Shown piece by piece: positions 1 to 8,656 of a DNA stretch of 64,000 nt (position 1 is the first letter of the stretch; every line of letters starts with the position of its first letter). The notes below the pieces were generated by a model. That model saw nothing but the letters and a program-made list of their open reading frames with translations, ran no database searches and was not told the origin of the DNA. The position numbers and the translations under genes are program-made. The DNA is from an uncultured Bacteroidota bacterium (GTDB lineage: Bacteria; Bacteroidota; Bacteroidia; 2-12-FULL-35-15): NCBI GenBank assembly GCA_963727705.1, contig CAVSHK010000028.1, positions 39,537 through 103,536 of the forward strand, given 5' to 3'.

Positions 1-1060
1 CAAACAGGCAAAACAGCCGTTGCAATTGATACCATCATCAATCAAAAAGAATTTTACGAAGCTGGGCAACCGGTATTTTGTATTTATGTTGCTATAGGTC
101 AAAAAGGTTCTACCGTAGCCAATATTCAGCGTGTGTTGGAAGAAAACGGTGCAATGCCGTATACTGTCATTGTTTGTGCAACTGCTTCTGACCCATGCAC
201 CAATGCAATTTTACGCTCCTTTTGCAGGTGCTGCTATCGGAGAATTTTTCCGCGATACAGGTCGTCCGGCATTGATTATTTATGATGATTTGTCAAAACA
301 AGCAGTTGCTTACCGTGAGGTATCATTGTTACTTCGTCGTCCTCCGGGACGTGAGGCTTATCCTGGTGACGTGTTTTACTTACATAGCCGTTTATTGGAG
401 CGTGCTGCAAAAATAAACGCTAATGATGATATTGCAAGAGAAATGAATGACTTGCCGGAGTCTATTAAAGGCATTGTAAAAGGTGGTGGTTCATTAACAG
501 CATTGCCTATCATTGAAACACAAGCAGGTGACGTTTCTGCATACATCCCTACAAACGTTATTTCTATTACTGATGGTCAGATTTTCTTGGAAGGCAACTT
601 GTTCAACGCAGGTATCCGTCCGGCCATCAACGTAGGTATTTCCGTATCTCGTGTGGGTGGTAATGCTCAAATTAAATCAATGAAAAAAGTGGCAGGTACA
701 TTGAAACTTGATCAGGCACAATACCGCGAGTTGGAGGCATTTGCTAAATTTGGTTCTGACTTGGATGCTGCAACAAAATCGGTACTTGACAAAGGTGCAC
801 GAAATGTGGAAATGTTGAAACAACCACAATTTTCACCTCAACGTGTGGAAGAACAAGTAGCAATTATTTATTGTGGTACAAAAGGATTATTACGTTCAAT
901 ACCTGTAAATAAAGTAAAAGAATTTGAAAAAGACTTTTTATCATATTTAGATGTAAAACATAAAAATGTGATGAATGATTTAAAAGCCGGTAAATACACT
1001 GATGAGATAACTAAAGTGTTGGATGAAACGGCGAAAGAAATTTCAAAAAAATATAACTAA
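1..1060 (+). CDS. atpA: F0F1 ATP synthase alpha subunit, 5'-truncated by the window edge. It has an apparent single-base insertion near 196 that shifts frame 1 to frame 2.
   Basis: Frame-1 translation from position 1 reads [43 protein letters not shown]...ATASDP. It continues in frame 2 as [20 protein letters not shown]...[47 protein letters not shown]. These are canonical AtpA motifs. An extra t at about 196 breaks the frame. Confidence 0.9.
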
Positions 1061-1164
1061 ACCCCTCCCTACCTCCCCATAGGGGAGAAGAGTTGGGTGT
1101 ATAAATAATAATATTTACAAAGTACTTTAATTCCTCCCCTGTGGGGAGGCTAGGAGGAGCAAAA
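1061..1164 (+). other. atpA-atpG intergenic region with two GC-rich hairpins: CTCCCC-ATA-GGGGAG and CCTCCCC-TGT-GGGGAGG
   Basis: Two perfect 6-7 bp stems with 3-nt loops, read directly at 1070-1090 and 1128-1150. They may be an intra-operon attenuator, RNA-processing site or REP-like structures. Confidence 0.3.
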
Positions 1165-2049
1165 ATGGCAAATTTAAAAGAAGTACGTAATAGAATAGTA
1201 TCGGTTAGCTCAACACAACAGATCACCAGCGCTATGAAAATGGTGAGTGCTGCCAAGTTGCGAAGAGCACAGGATGCTGTAACACAAATGCGTCCTTATG
1301 CTAATAAGCTAAAGGAGATATTAGAAAATTTAAGTGCCAGCCTTGATAGTTCAGAAGGGATTTATTCAAAACAGCGTGAGGTAAAAAATGTATTGCTAGT
1401 AGTTATAACTTCTAACCGCGGATTGTGTGGAGGTTTTAATGCAAACGTAATTAAAGCAACTAATTTGCTTATCAAACAACAATATAGTGGATGTAATGTA
1501 ACCATCATGCCGATTGGAAAAAAAGCAAATGATTTTTTCAAAAAGAGCGGTAGTAAGTTGCAAGGTTCTGAAACAAATAAAAGTTTAAATGAGTTGTTTG
1601 ATGATTTAACATTTTCAAATGTGGCTCCTGTAGCACAAAAGATAATGCAACTATTCTCCGATCAGCAATATGATAAAGTAGAACTGATTTACAACCAGTT
1701 TAAAAACGCTGCAGTTCAGATAACAATGGTGGAACAGTTTTTACCCGTATTACCTCCACAACAATCATCTGCTAAACTAAGCACAACAAAAGAATACATA
1801 TTTGAACCGAGCAAACAATTTATTATTGAAGATTTAATTCCGCGCTCTTTAAAAACACAATTATTTAAAGCGTTGCTAGATTCTTACGCAGCAGAACATG
1901 GCGCACGTATGACATCCATGCATAAAGCGACCGATAATGCAGGTGCTCTTATTAAAGAGCTTAAATTGGCATACAATAAAGCTCGTCAGGCTGCTATTAC
2001 TAACGAAATCTTAGAAATTGTTGGTGGTGCTGAAGCATTGAATAATTAA
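1165..2049 (+). CDS. atpG: F0F1 ATP synthase gamma subunit
   Basis: MANLKEVRNRIVSVSSTQQITSAMKMVSAAKLRRAQ... and the C-terminal ITNEILEIVGGAEAL are typical AtpG. The gene lies immediately downstream of atpA. Confidence 0.9.
   Translation: MANLKEVRNRIVSVSSTQQITSAMKMVSAAKLRRAQDAVTQMRPYANKLKEILENLSASLDSSEGIYSKQREVKNVLLVVITSNRGLCGGFNANVIKATNLLIKQQYSGCNVTIMPIGKKANDFFKKSGSKLQGSETNKSLNELFDDLTFSNVAPVAQKIMQLFSDQQYDKVELIYNQFKNAAVQITMVEQFLPVLPPQQSSAKLSTTKEYIFEPSKQFIIEDLIPRSLKTQLFKALLDSYAAEHGARMTSMHKATDNAGALIKELKLAYNKARQAAITNEILEIVGGAEALNN
1990..2042 (+). repeat. Direct repeat copy 1 (53 bp), the 3' end of atpG. It is duplicated at 2748-2800 and flanks the TA cassette.
   Basis: gctgctattactaacgaaatcttagaaattgttggtggtgctgaagcattgaa is identical at both locations. 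Confidence 0.8.
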
Positions 2050-2215
2050 AAGTAAATAAAACATTCTTTTTAACCGCATCATTAAGTAACGCTTAGTGGT
2101 GCGGTTTTGTTTTGATAACACGCAACCATACTCATTTGTTTTGAAAAGCATTTATCCATACCTTTGTATGACACTGTTATCAATCAAGACGCTCAAATTA
2201 ATAAATATTTTTCTT

Positions 2216-2437
2216 ATGAAAACACCTGATACAATAATTGTTCACCCGGAAAGTGACGATAAATTCGAAGCTCTTAAAGCCTTTATGAAGGCTTTGAAAA
2301 TAAAATTTGAAGTAACAAAGGAAAAACCTTATAACCCTGAGTTTGTTTCTAAGATTGCAAAAAGCAAACAAGAATTTAAAGACGGCAAATACACTCGTGT
2401 GAAAAAAGAAGATTTACAAAATTTCTTAGGATTATAA
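2216..2437 (+). CDS. Putative type II antitoxin (74 aa) paired with the YoeB-like toxin
   Basis: A small ORF (MKTPDTIIVHPESDDKFEALKAFMKALKIKF...). Its stop overlaps the start of the downstream toxin (TAATG). This is the classic antitoxin-toxin arrangement. Confidence 0.55.
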   Translation: MKTPDTIIVHPESDDKFEALKAFMKALKIKFEVTKEKPYNPEFVSKIAKSKQEFKDGKYTRVKKEDLQNFLGL

Positions 2438-2700
2438 TGAGTTATTATTTAGACTTTTCACAACAGGCAACAAACGATATTCAATTTCATAAAAAGTCAG
2501 GTAATAAAGCCATCTTGAAAAAATTGTTTGTGCTTTTAAATGAACTTTCCAAACATCCTTTTGAAGGCACCGGCAAACCTGAACCACTTAAACATAACCT
2601 CTCAGGCTTATGGTCAAGGAGAATAAATCAGGAACATCGAATTGTTTATGAAGTACTCAATCATAAAATTTTAATCCATTCCCTTAAAGGGCATTATTGA
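2437..2700 (+). CDS. YoeB/Txe-family type II toxin (RelE/ParE superfamily)
   Basis: [32 protein letters not shown]...IHSLKGHY closely matches the E. coli YoeB core ([28 protein letters not shown]...YHY). Confidence 0.8.
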   Translation: [87 protein letters not shown]

Positions 2701-2747
2701 TTCGTACTCGTTAGCTGAAACTTTAGCTTACTACAAAACCCGCCAGC

Positions 2748-2800
2748 TGCTATTACTAACGAAATCTTAGAAATTGTTGGTGGTGCTGAAGCATTGAACA
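2748..2800 (+). repeat. Direct repeat copy 2, a displaced duplicate of the atpG 3' end
   Basis: Identical 53 bp to 1990-2042. It would encode AAITNEILEIVGGAEALNS*, a remnant atpG terminus. Confidence 0.8.
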
Positions 2801-2890
2801 GCTAGACTATTAAAATAAAAGGTTTTGTTTTAATAGTAAGATCGATGAATCTTCGTTTACTAGCCCTCTTTGGAAAATCATTTTACCTTA

Positions 2891-3086
2891 TAGCCTGTTT
2901 AAATTTCATTGCAAAAAATAGATCGTCACTCAATAGTTCTCGATATGCTCACCGAAAAGGCTCGCTACTCGAACTGACATCAGTATTTTCGCACAGTCAC
3001 TTCGAGTAGGCTTTTTCAGCCGTATCGAGAAGTGAATATTGAAAATCATATACTTAACAAATATTCGGATGAAATTTAAACAGGCT
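2891..3086. mobile_element. MITE-like element copy A (about 195 bp) with perfect 18-bp terminal inverted repeats and a long internal imperfect hairpin
   Basis: The left end is AGCCTGTTTAAATTTCAT and the right end is ATGAAATTTAAACAGGCT. A second copy, about 95% identical, lies at 48870-49064. Confidence 0.55.
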
Positions 3087-3342
3087 CTTAATATTTTGAT
3101 TGTAAATAGCAGTAATCAGATTAATTTAAAGTACAGTTCGTACTTTTTTCTTCTGTTCCTGTGTTTTTCAGCGAGTTCCATGAATAATTTTCCTTGTTTT
3201 TTAGGACGTTCTAGTGGGTATCTATTAACACTACTTATTTTACCAACTCTTTTTTACCTGTCAAATAAAAAAGCTTATTTGTTATTGTCTCAGTTCATCA
3301 GTTAAACCTATGCACTGAAAGCGTATAGTAGTTGAGTTACGA

Positions 3343-4293
3343 TTAATGCAAGCCTTTGTCAGCAAGGTAACGTTCTGCGTCTAAAGCTCCCATACATCCA
3401 CTGCCTGCTGATGTTACTGCCTGTCTGTAAACTTTATCTTGAGCATCTCCTGTTGCAAAAACACCCGGAATGTTTGTTTTGCTTGTACCCGGAATAGTTT
3501 TAATATAGCCTGTTTCATCCATATCTATCCAGCCCTTAAAAATATCGGTATTAGGTGTGTGACCTATGGCAACAAAAAAACCGGTAATGGTTAACCTGCG
3601 TTCTTCACCTTTATTATTCACTATCAATGCGCCCTCTACAGCTTTTCCACCAAGTATTTCTTTGGTTTCAGAATTGTAAATTACTTCAATATTTGGAGTG
3701 TTTAACACACGATGCTGCATGGCTTTTGATGCACGCATTTCGCCCTTACGAACAATCATATACACTTTGTTGCAAAGTTTAGCTAGATAGGTAGCTTCTT
3801 CTGCTGCGGTATCCCCTGCTCCAACAATGGCAACATCTTGTCCTTTGTAAAAGAATCCATCACATACTGCACACGCAGATACGCCAAAGCCATTCAAACG
3901 TTGTTCTGATTCTAAGCCAATCCATTTGGCCGAAGCACCTGTTGCTATAATGACTGCATCAGCCGTTATGGTTGTTTTTTCATCAACTATTACTTTGTGT
4001 ACCGGACCTGTAAAATCAACAGATGTAACCAATCCCCAACGTATATCAGTTCCAAAACGCTCTGCCTGAGCTTTAAAATCTTCCATCATTTCTGGTCCGT
4101 GAGCGCCCTTAGGATACCCTGGGAAATTATCCACTTCTGTAGTTATTGTTAATTGCCCACCCGGTTGTAATCCTTGATATATAACTGGTTTCATATCAGC
4201 CCGCGCTGCATATATCGCCGCTGTGTAGCCGGCCGGCCCACTACCTATTATTAAACATTTTATATGTTCTGTTTGCTCTGCCATTTGTATCAT
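3343..4293 (-). CDS. trxB: Thioredoxin-disulfide reductase
   Basis: GSGPAGYTAAIYAAR, the CAVC redox motif, GGGDTA and FATGD are hallmarks of TrxB. Confidence 0.92.
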   Translation of the reverse strand: MIQMAEQTEHIKCLIIGSGPAGYTAAIYAARADMKPVIYQGLQPGGQLTITTEVDNFPGYPKGAHGPEMMEDFKAQAERFGTDIRWGLVTSVDFTGPVHKVIVDEKTTITADAVIIATGASAKWIGLESEQRLNGFGVSACAVCDGFFYKGQDVAIVGAGDTAAEEATYLAKLCNKVYMIVRKGEMRASKAMQHRVLNTPNIEVIYNSETKEILGGKAVEGALIVNNKGEERRLTITGFFVAIGHTPNTDIFKGWIDMDETGYIKTIPGTSKTNIPGVFATGDAQDKVYRQAVTSAGSGCMGALDAERYLADKGLH

Positions 4294-4720
4294 GTTTTTT
4301 TAGTGGGTCAAAAATAACAACTAAATACGTTATCTCACCAATTTGTTTTAAGTTATTAGGTTATTGGTATTATAGTAACATTAGTAGTACTAAACACCTA
4401 AAAATGTTTGCTAGCAAATAATTTGTTAGATGAAGATAGTTAAACGTATGCTAAATTCGCCGTTGTGAAGTGTTCTTTCAACTTCCGCTGATGGTGTTTT
4501 CTTTTTAAGAACAACGATTAGTTTATAGAATTCTAAAAAGGGGAAATAATGCAGATATACAGGCTTTTCATGAGGTAGTAAAAGGATCTTGTATACTTAA
4601 AAAGTCCATAAGAAAGCCCATAAAAACAGAAAGCCCATAAAATCAATGTGAATAAATTGTTAACGTTGTTACTCAAAAATATACGATATTTGCCTTTATT
4701 CATTAGTAGAAATAAAAATT

Positions 4721-5755
4721 ATGATTGCTGCGGTAAAAACATTAGGACAATTTATAATAGAAAAGCAAGCTGATTTTGCTTTTGCAAAAGGGGAGCTTTC
4801 AAGACTATTGCGTGATATTGGTATTGCATCAAAAATTGTAAACAGGGAAGTAAGCAAAGCCGGTATAGCCGGTATATTGGGTGATGTAGGCGAAATAAAT
4901 GTTCAAGGCGAGAACGTTAAAAAGCTGGACGTATTTGCCAATGAGCAGTTTATTGCTGCTTTGTCTGCCGGTGGCGAATGTTGCGCTATTGCTTCCGAAG
5001 AAAATAAAGACATTATTATCATTGATAACAATGTTTCTAAAAATGCGAAGTATGTAGTGGCGATTGACCCCTTAGATGGTTCTTCAAACATAGATGTGAA
5101 TGTATCCATAGGAACAATTTTCTCTATTTATAGAAGAAAAACACCCGTTTCTGAGCCTGCATCAAATGAAGATTTTTATCAGTTGGGTACCGAGCAGGTA
5201 GCCGCAGGATATGTTATATATGGTTCTTCATGTATGCTTGTATATACTACAGGTAAAGGGGTTAATGGTTTTACACTGGATCCTTCGATCGGAGAATTTT
5301 GTTTGTCACACCCTAATATTAAAACTCCTGCCGCCGGTAAAATATATTCTATAAATGAAGGAAATTATATACACTTTCCGGATGGTGTAAAAAAATACAT
5401 TAAGTATTGTCAGGAGAATGATAAAAATACCAATCGTCCATACTCATCTCGTTATATAGGTTCAGGTGTTGCTGATATTCATCGTAACTTAATTTTAGGA
5501 GGTGTATATATTTATCCCACTACTTCTAAATCTCCCAACGGAAAATTACGTTTATTATATGAATGCAATCCATTGGCCTTTATCTTAGAACAGGCTGGTG
5601 GAAAAGCCTCTGATGGATTTAACCGCATTATGGAATTAGAAATAACAGAGCTTCATCAGCGAACTCCTTTATTTCTTGGTTCTGCCGATATGGTTGACAA
5701 AGCCTGTGAGTTTATGAAAATATATTCTCCGGCTGACGTGAAAGAGAAAGCATAG
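4721..5755 (+). CDS. fbp: Fructose-1,6-bisphosphatase class 1
   Basis: [15 protein letters not shown]..., the [25 protein letters not shown] metal-binding region and [15 protein letters not shown]. Confidence 0.9.
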   Translation: MIAAVKTLGQFIIEKQADFAFAKGELSRLLRDIGIASKIVNREVSKAGIAGILGDVGEINVQGENVKKLDVFANEQFIAALSAGGECCAIASEENKDIIIIDNNVSKNAKYVVAIDPLDGSSNIDVNVSIGTIFSIYRRKTPVSEPASNEDFYQLGTEQVAAGYVIYGSSCMLVYTTGKGVNGFTLDPSIGEFCLSHPNIKTPAAGKIYSINEGNYIHFPDGVKKYIKYCQENDKNTNRPYSSRYIGSGVADIHRNLILGGVYIYPTTSKSPNGKLRLLYECNPLAFILEQAGGKASDGFNRIMELEITELHQRTPLFLGSADMVDKACEFMKIYSPADVKEKA

Positions 5756-5841
5756 TTTATTGAAGGCAAGTACGAAAAATCGCTTCGTGAAATAGGTGTT
5801 ATAACGTTAAGAGAGCAAACTCAAGAGCTTTCCTTTTCGCA

Positions 5842-6282
5842 TCATTTGTTTTTAAAATAATTAAAAATCGGATAATCCAGACTTATCTTTCCTGCTCCGT
5901 TGATAAGCAAAGTGAAAAGCATTACAAGATAATATAAGGGTATTTCATACCCATTATCTGCAGCGCTGAACCCATTTTGAAAATGCACAGTTTTTATTGC
6001 AACAAGCATTGTAATCATTAGTGGAATAGAAATAAAACGTGTGGCAAATCCAAATGTTAAAAATATGAACCCTAGTACTTCTGTATAAGTTGCCAAATAA
6101 GCACTTAATGTTGGGAATGGTATTTCAGAACTTGTAAACCATTCTGCAATAGCTCCTATATCTTTTATTTTCATCATTGCCGGTTCATAAAAACCATAAG
6201 CAAGCACTAATCGCATTACCAATAATGGGATGTCTTTAAGATGAGATAGTTTTTCTATACTATTAAAATATAAAGTTTTCAT
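5842..6282 (-). CDS. DoxX-family membrane protein. It is the last gene of the MNIO/bufferin-like operon, in the BufD-like position.
   Basis: A 146-aa protein with four transmembrane segments (LVMRLVLAYGFYEPAMMK...). It sits immediately downstream of the DUF2063 gene, as in buf operons. Confidence 0.75.
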   Translation of the reverse strand: MKTLYFNSIEKLSHLKDIPLLVMRLVLAYGFYEPAMMKIKDIGAIAEWFTSSEIPFPTLSAYLATYTEVLGFIFLTFGFATRFISIPLMITMLVAIKTVHFQNGFSAADNGYEIPLYYLVMLFTLLINGAGKISLDYPIFNYFKNK

Positions 6283-6353
6283 GGGTAAGATTTTTGTTTA
6301 TTGCTATCACGAATACACGAATATTTTTAATTCGTGTATTGGGATTGTTTATT

Positions 6354-7112
6354 TTAATTCTTAATTGCGTACCCGAGTACAAATTTTTTGTCCCTTAAAT
6401 CAGTTATAAAAGCAAGTGTAGTTTTGGTGAGTTCTTCTATATCAATATCACCAAATAATTGAGGTGCTTCATTCAGTAAAGTTTTAAGTGTTAAATTACC
6501 GGCATGTAACTGCTCAATGACCAATGCAAACCAAACGGAAATATCAATAAACTGAACTCTTCCTGTTTCATATTCTCTATATAACAAAATAAAATAATTA
6601 CCCATTTTTTCTTTAGCTGTAACAGGATTATATAAATGAATGGGGTATTTCAATTGCAATAACTTATGCTCAGGATTTACAATTAATAAATCATTCAACG
6701 TGTCGCCTATTATTTGGTAGGGTTTTGGAGAGATGTCTTCCATGTTGTAAATTACCATCTCTTCCCATTCAAATTTTAAAAGGTCGTTTAAAAAAGGTAA
6801 TTGAAATTTCTCTGCAAAATTTTCTGCAAGTGCATACTCATAAAATTCCCCTGCAATTTGCCACACCTGATAGCTTTGGCATTTATGATTCCTGAAAAAA
6901 TCATTCAGCATCACTGTCCATTTTTCAGCATCAATATATTTAAAGGCAATAGGAAATGCAGCTTCTATATTTTCTTCAATAACACTAAACACCAATCGTC
7001 TGTAATTTTGGATACGATTGGGTGTAACGCCGGGCAATGTTATTTCATCACCCGTACGGCAATACATCGCCATTGCACTTTGAATGGTTTTTGTTTCAGG
7101 CAACAAGCTCAT
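6354..7112 (-). CDS. DUF2063-family partner protein of the MNIO (MbnC/BufC-like)
   Basis: A 252-aa protein whose start overlaps the stop of the DUF692 gene by 17 bp. It has a YRRLVF...AFP N-terminal pattern and the size typical of DUF2063. Confidence 0.6.
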   Translation of the reverse strand: MSLLPETKTIQSAMAMYCRTGDEITLPGVTPNRIQNYRRLVFSVIEENIEAAFPIAFKYIDAEKWTVMLNDFFRNHKCQSYQVWQIAGEFYEYALAENFAEKFQLPFLNDLLKFEWEEMVIYNMEDISPKPYQIIGDTLNDLLIVNPEHKLLQLKYPIHLYNPVTAKEKMGNYFILLYREYETGRVQFIDISVWFALVIEQLHAGNLTLKTLLNEAPQLFGDIDIEELTKTTLAFITDLRDKKFVLGYAIKN

Positions 7113-7920
7113 TTTTTTTATTCCATTTTAAATTTGTAATAGAGCGTAAACGATTTAATTCACCATTCAATTCATCCATTTCGGGTATATTAAAATCTCT
7201 TTCCAGTAAAACCGGAACGGGTTTTATTTTTTCAATAGTCCATGCAAATAAATCATACACCGGATCAATAATGGCTTCACCATGCGTATCAATAATCAGG
7301 TCGGGAGCAACCTGCGTATGCCCTGCCATGTGTATATACGCTACTTTATCAAGTGGTAATTGTTCTATAAATGATTGTGCATGGTAATTATGATTGAATG
7401 CGTTTACGTAAACATTGTTTACGTCCAGCAGCAAGCTACATCCGGTTTCTTTTACAATCATGCTTATGAATTCTGCTTCTCCCATTTGGGCAGCAACAGG
7501 AGTGTAATAGGAAACATTTTCCATTACAAAAGGTCGTTCCAAATAATCTTGTACTTGTTTTATTTTTTCTATAACGTGTTTTGCCGCGTCTTCTCTGAAA
7601 GGTATTGGCAGTAAATCGTATAAATGTGCATTGTCGCATTTGGCAAAACTTAAGTGTTCCGAATATAGCTTAACGTTATATTCATCCAAAAACGATTTTA
7701 ATTTCTGCATGAAATCCATATCTAATGGGTCGGGACTTCCTATGGATAAAGACAAACCATGACAAAGTACAGGGTAACGTTCGGCTATTTTATGAATTTG
7801 TTTTTTTGAATTGCCACCCAAATTCATCCAGTTTTCGGGAGCAAATTCTACAAAGTCGGGGTTGATGCCGCCATTAATAAATTCGTCAGCAAAGTCTCGT
7901 CTATATCCTAATCCTATCAT
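7096..7920 (-). CDS. DUF692/UPF0276 multinuclear non-heme iron oxidase (MNIO; MbnB/BufB-like)
   Basis: MIGLGYRRDF..., HGLSLSIGSPDPLDMDFMQKLKSFLDEY, HLSFAKCDNAHLYDLLPIPF and FVMENVSYY form the TIM-barrel motif set of DUF692. Confidence 0.85.
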   Translation of the reverse strand: MIGLGYRRDFADEFINGGINPDFVEFAPENWMNLGGNSKKQIHKIAERYPVLCHGLSLSIGSPDPLDMDFMQKLKSFLDEYNVKLYSEHLSFAKCDNAHLYDLLPIPFREDAAKHVIEKIKQVQDYLERPFVMENVSYYTPVAAQMGEAEFISMIVKETGCSLLLDVNNVYVNAFNHNYHAQSFIEQLPLDKVAYIHMAGHTQVAPDLIIDTHGEAIIDPVYDLFAWTIEKIKPVPVLLERDFNIPEMDELNGELNRLRSITNLKWNKKNELVA

Positions 7921-7971
7921 GTTGGTTAATTTTTTAAGAAAAAGGGAGGCTATTCACCCCCCTTCATTTAA

Positions 7972-8289
7972 TTATTTCTTTTTATCACCACACGATGCGT
8001 CTTTCTTTTTGTCACCACATGATGCGTCTTTTTTCTTATCTCCGCATTTTCCTTCTCCGCATTTTCCTTCTTTTCCTTTTGCATGCTTTGTTTTAGCAGA
8101 GTCAGCACATTTTAATTCAATGGCTTTTAATGCAGAAGCAGCCTCGTTAAGCAAAGAACTTCTTACTTCAGCTCCTGATCCAAGAGAGGAATAGTTGCTC
8201 AATGTAGAAGCGTTAGCGCTGATGTTTGACAAGCCGATAAAGGCACTTGCGATTAATGAACCTGCAAGGATTGATTTTTTGTTTTCCAT
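7972..8289 (-). CDS. Secreted Cys-repeat RiPP precursor peptide (bufferin-like, BufA position)
   Basis: Sec signal peptide MENKKSILAGSLIASAFIGLSNISANA. A predicted amphipathic helix follows, then a Lys-rich tail: KCADSAKTKHAKGKEGKCGEGKCGDKKKDASCGDKKKDASCGDKKK. That tail has 5 Cys and is encoded by 2x15-bp and 2x27-bp tandem DNA repeats. Confidence 0.6.
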   Translation of the reverse strand: MENKKSILAGSLIASAFIGLSNISANASTLSNYSSLGSGAEVRSSLLNEAASALKAIELKCADSAKTKHAKGKEGKCGEGKCGDKKKDASCGDKKKDASCGDKKK

Positions 8290-8368
8290 TTTTTTAAGGT
8301 TTTTAAAAAGATTAATATTTGTTTATACCGAGATAGTAGAAACTCTTTTTAAAACCTTACAGAAAATT

Positions 8369-8653
8369 TTAAATATTTTTAAAATTTTCTTCAATGGTTT
8401 TCTGGAAGCGTATTTTAGAGGTATCGGAAAGTTTAAATTTAGAAATATTATTTTTAAGTGCGTTTTCAATTAAGCGACTTTGTTGCTGATACCTCAAACA
8501 ATTTATACAAATTTTCAGGTGTATTTGTAATTGTATTTTTTCGCGAAATGATAAGGGTTCTGTATAGCCCTTCTCCATAAGAAAAGTAGCCTTTTTGCAA
8601 AACAAAGTGGCATCTTTAAAAGTAAAAACAATACGATTGATAACCGTTTTCAT
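8369..8653 (-). CDS. Anti-sigma factor (zf-HC2-type), partner of the upstream ECF sigma
   Basis: A 94-aa protein with HLKICINC (HxxxCxxC). It lies 3 bp downstream of the sigma gene. Confidence 0.55.
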   Translation of the reverse strand: MKTVINRIVFTFKDATLFCKKATFLMEKGYTEPLSFREKIQLQIHLKICINCLRYQQQSRLIENALKNNISKFKLSDTSKIRFQKTIEENFKNI

Positions 8654-8656
8654 TCC

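Noticed and set aside
1011-1256. Minus-strand 81-aa ORF spanning the atpA-atpG junction
   Set aside because: It is antisense to two essential ATP-synthase genes and the hairpin region, which makes it spurious.
2050-2215. Possible terminator hairpin after atpG (accgca...tgcggtttt)
   Set aside because: The stem has a 22-nt loop and is weak. It was not called as a confident terminator.
3039-3305. 88-aa ORF downstream of the TA cassette
   Set aside because: It starts inside the MITE-like element, is low-complexity (Leu/Phe/Ser-rich) and has no motif. It is most likely non-coding.
6801-8473. Several plus-strand ORFs (6801-7139, 7037-7387, 7375-7614, 7811-8194, 8195-8473) and the minus-strand ORF 7436-7639 opposite or overlapping the MNIO operon
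   Set aside because: They are antisense or overlapping readings of well-supported DUF2063, DUF692 and precursor genes. They are low-complexity with no conserved motifs.
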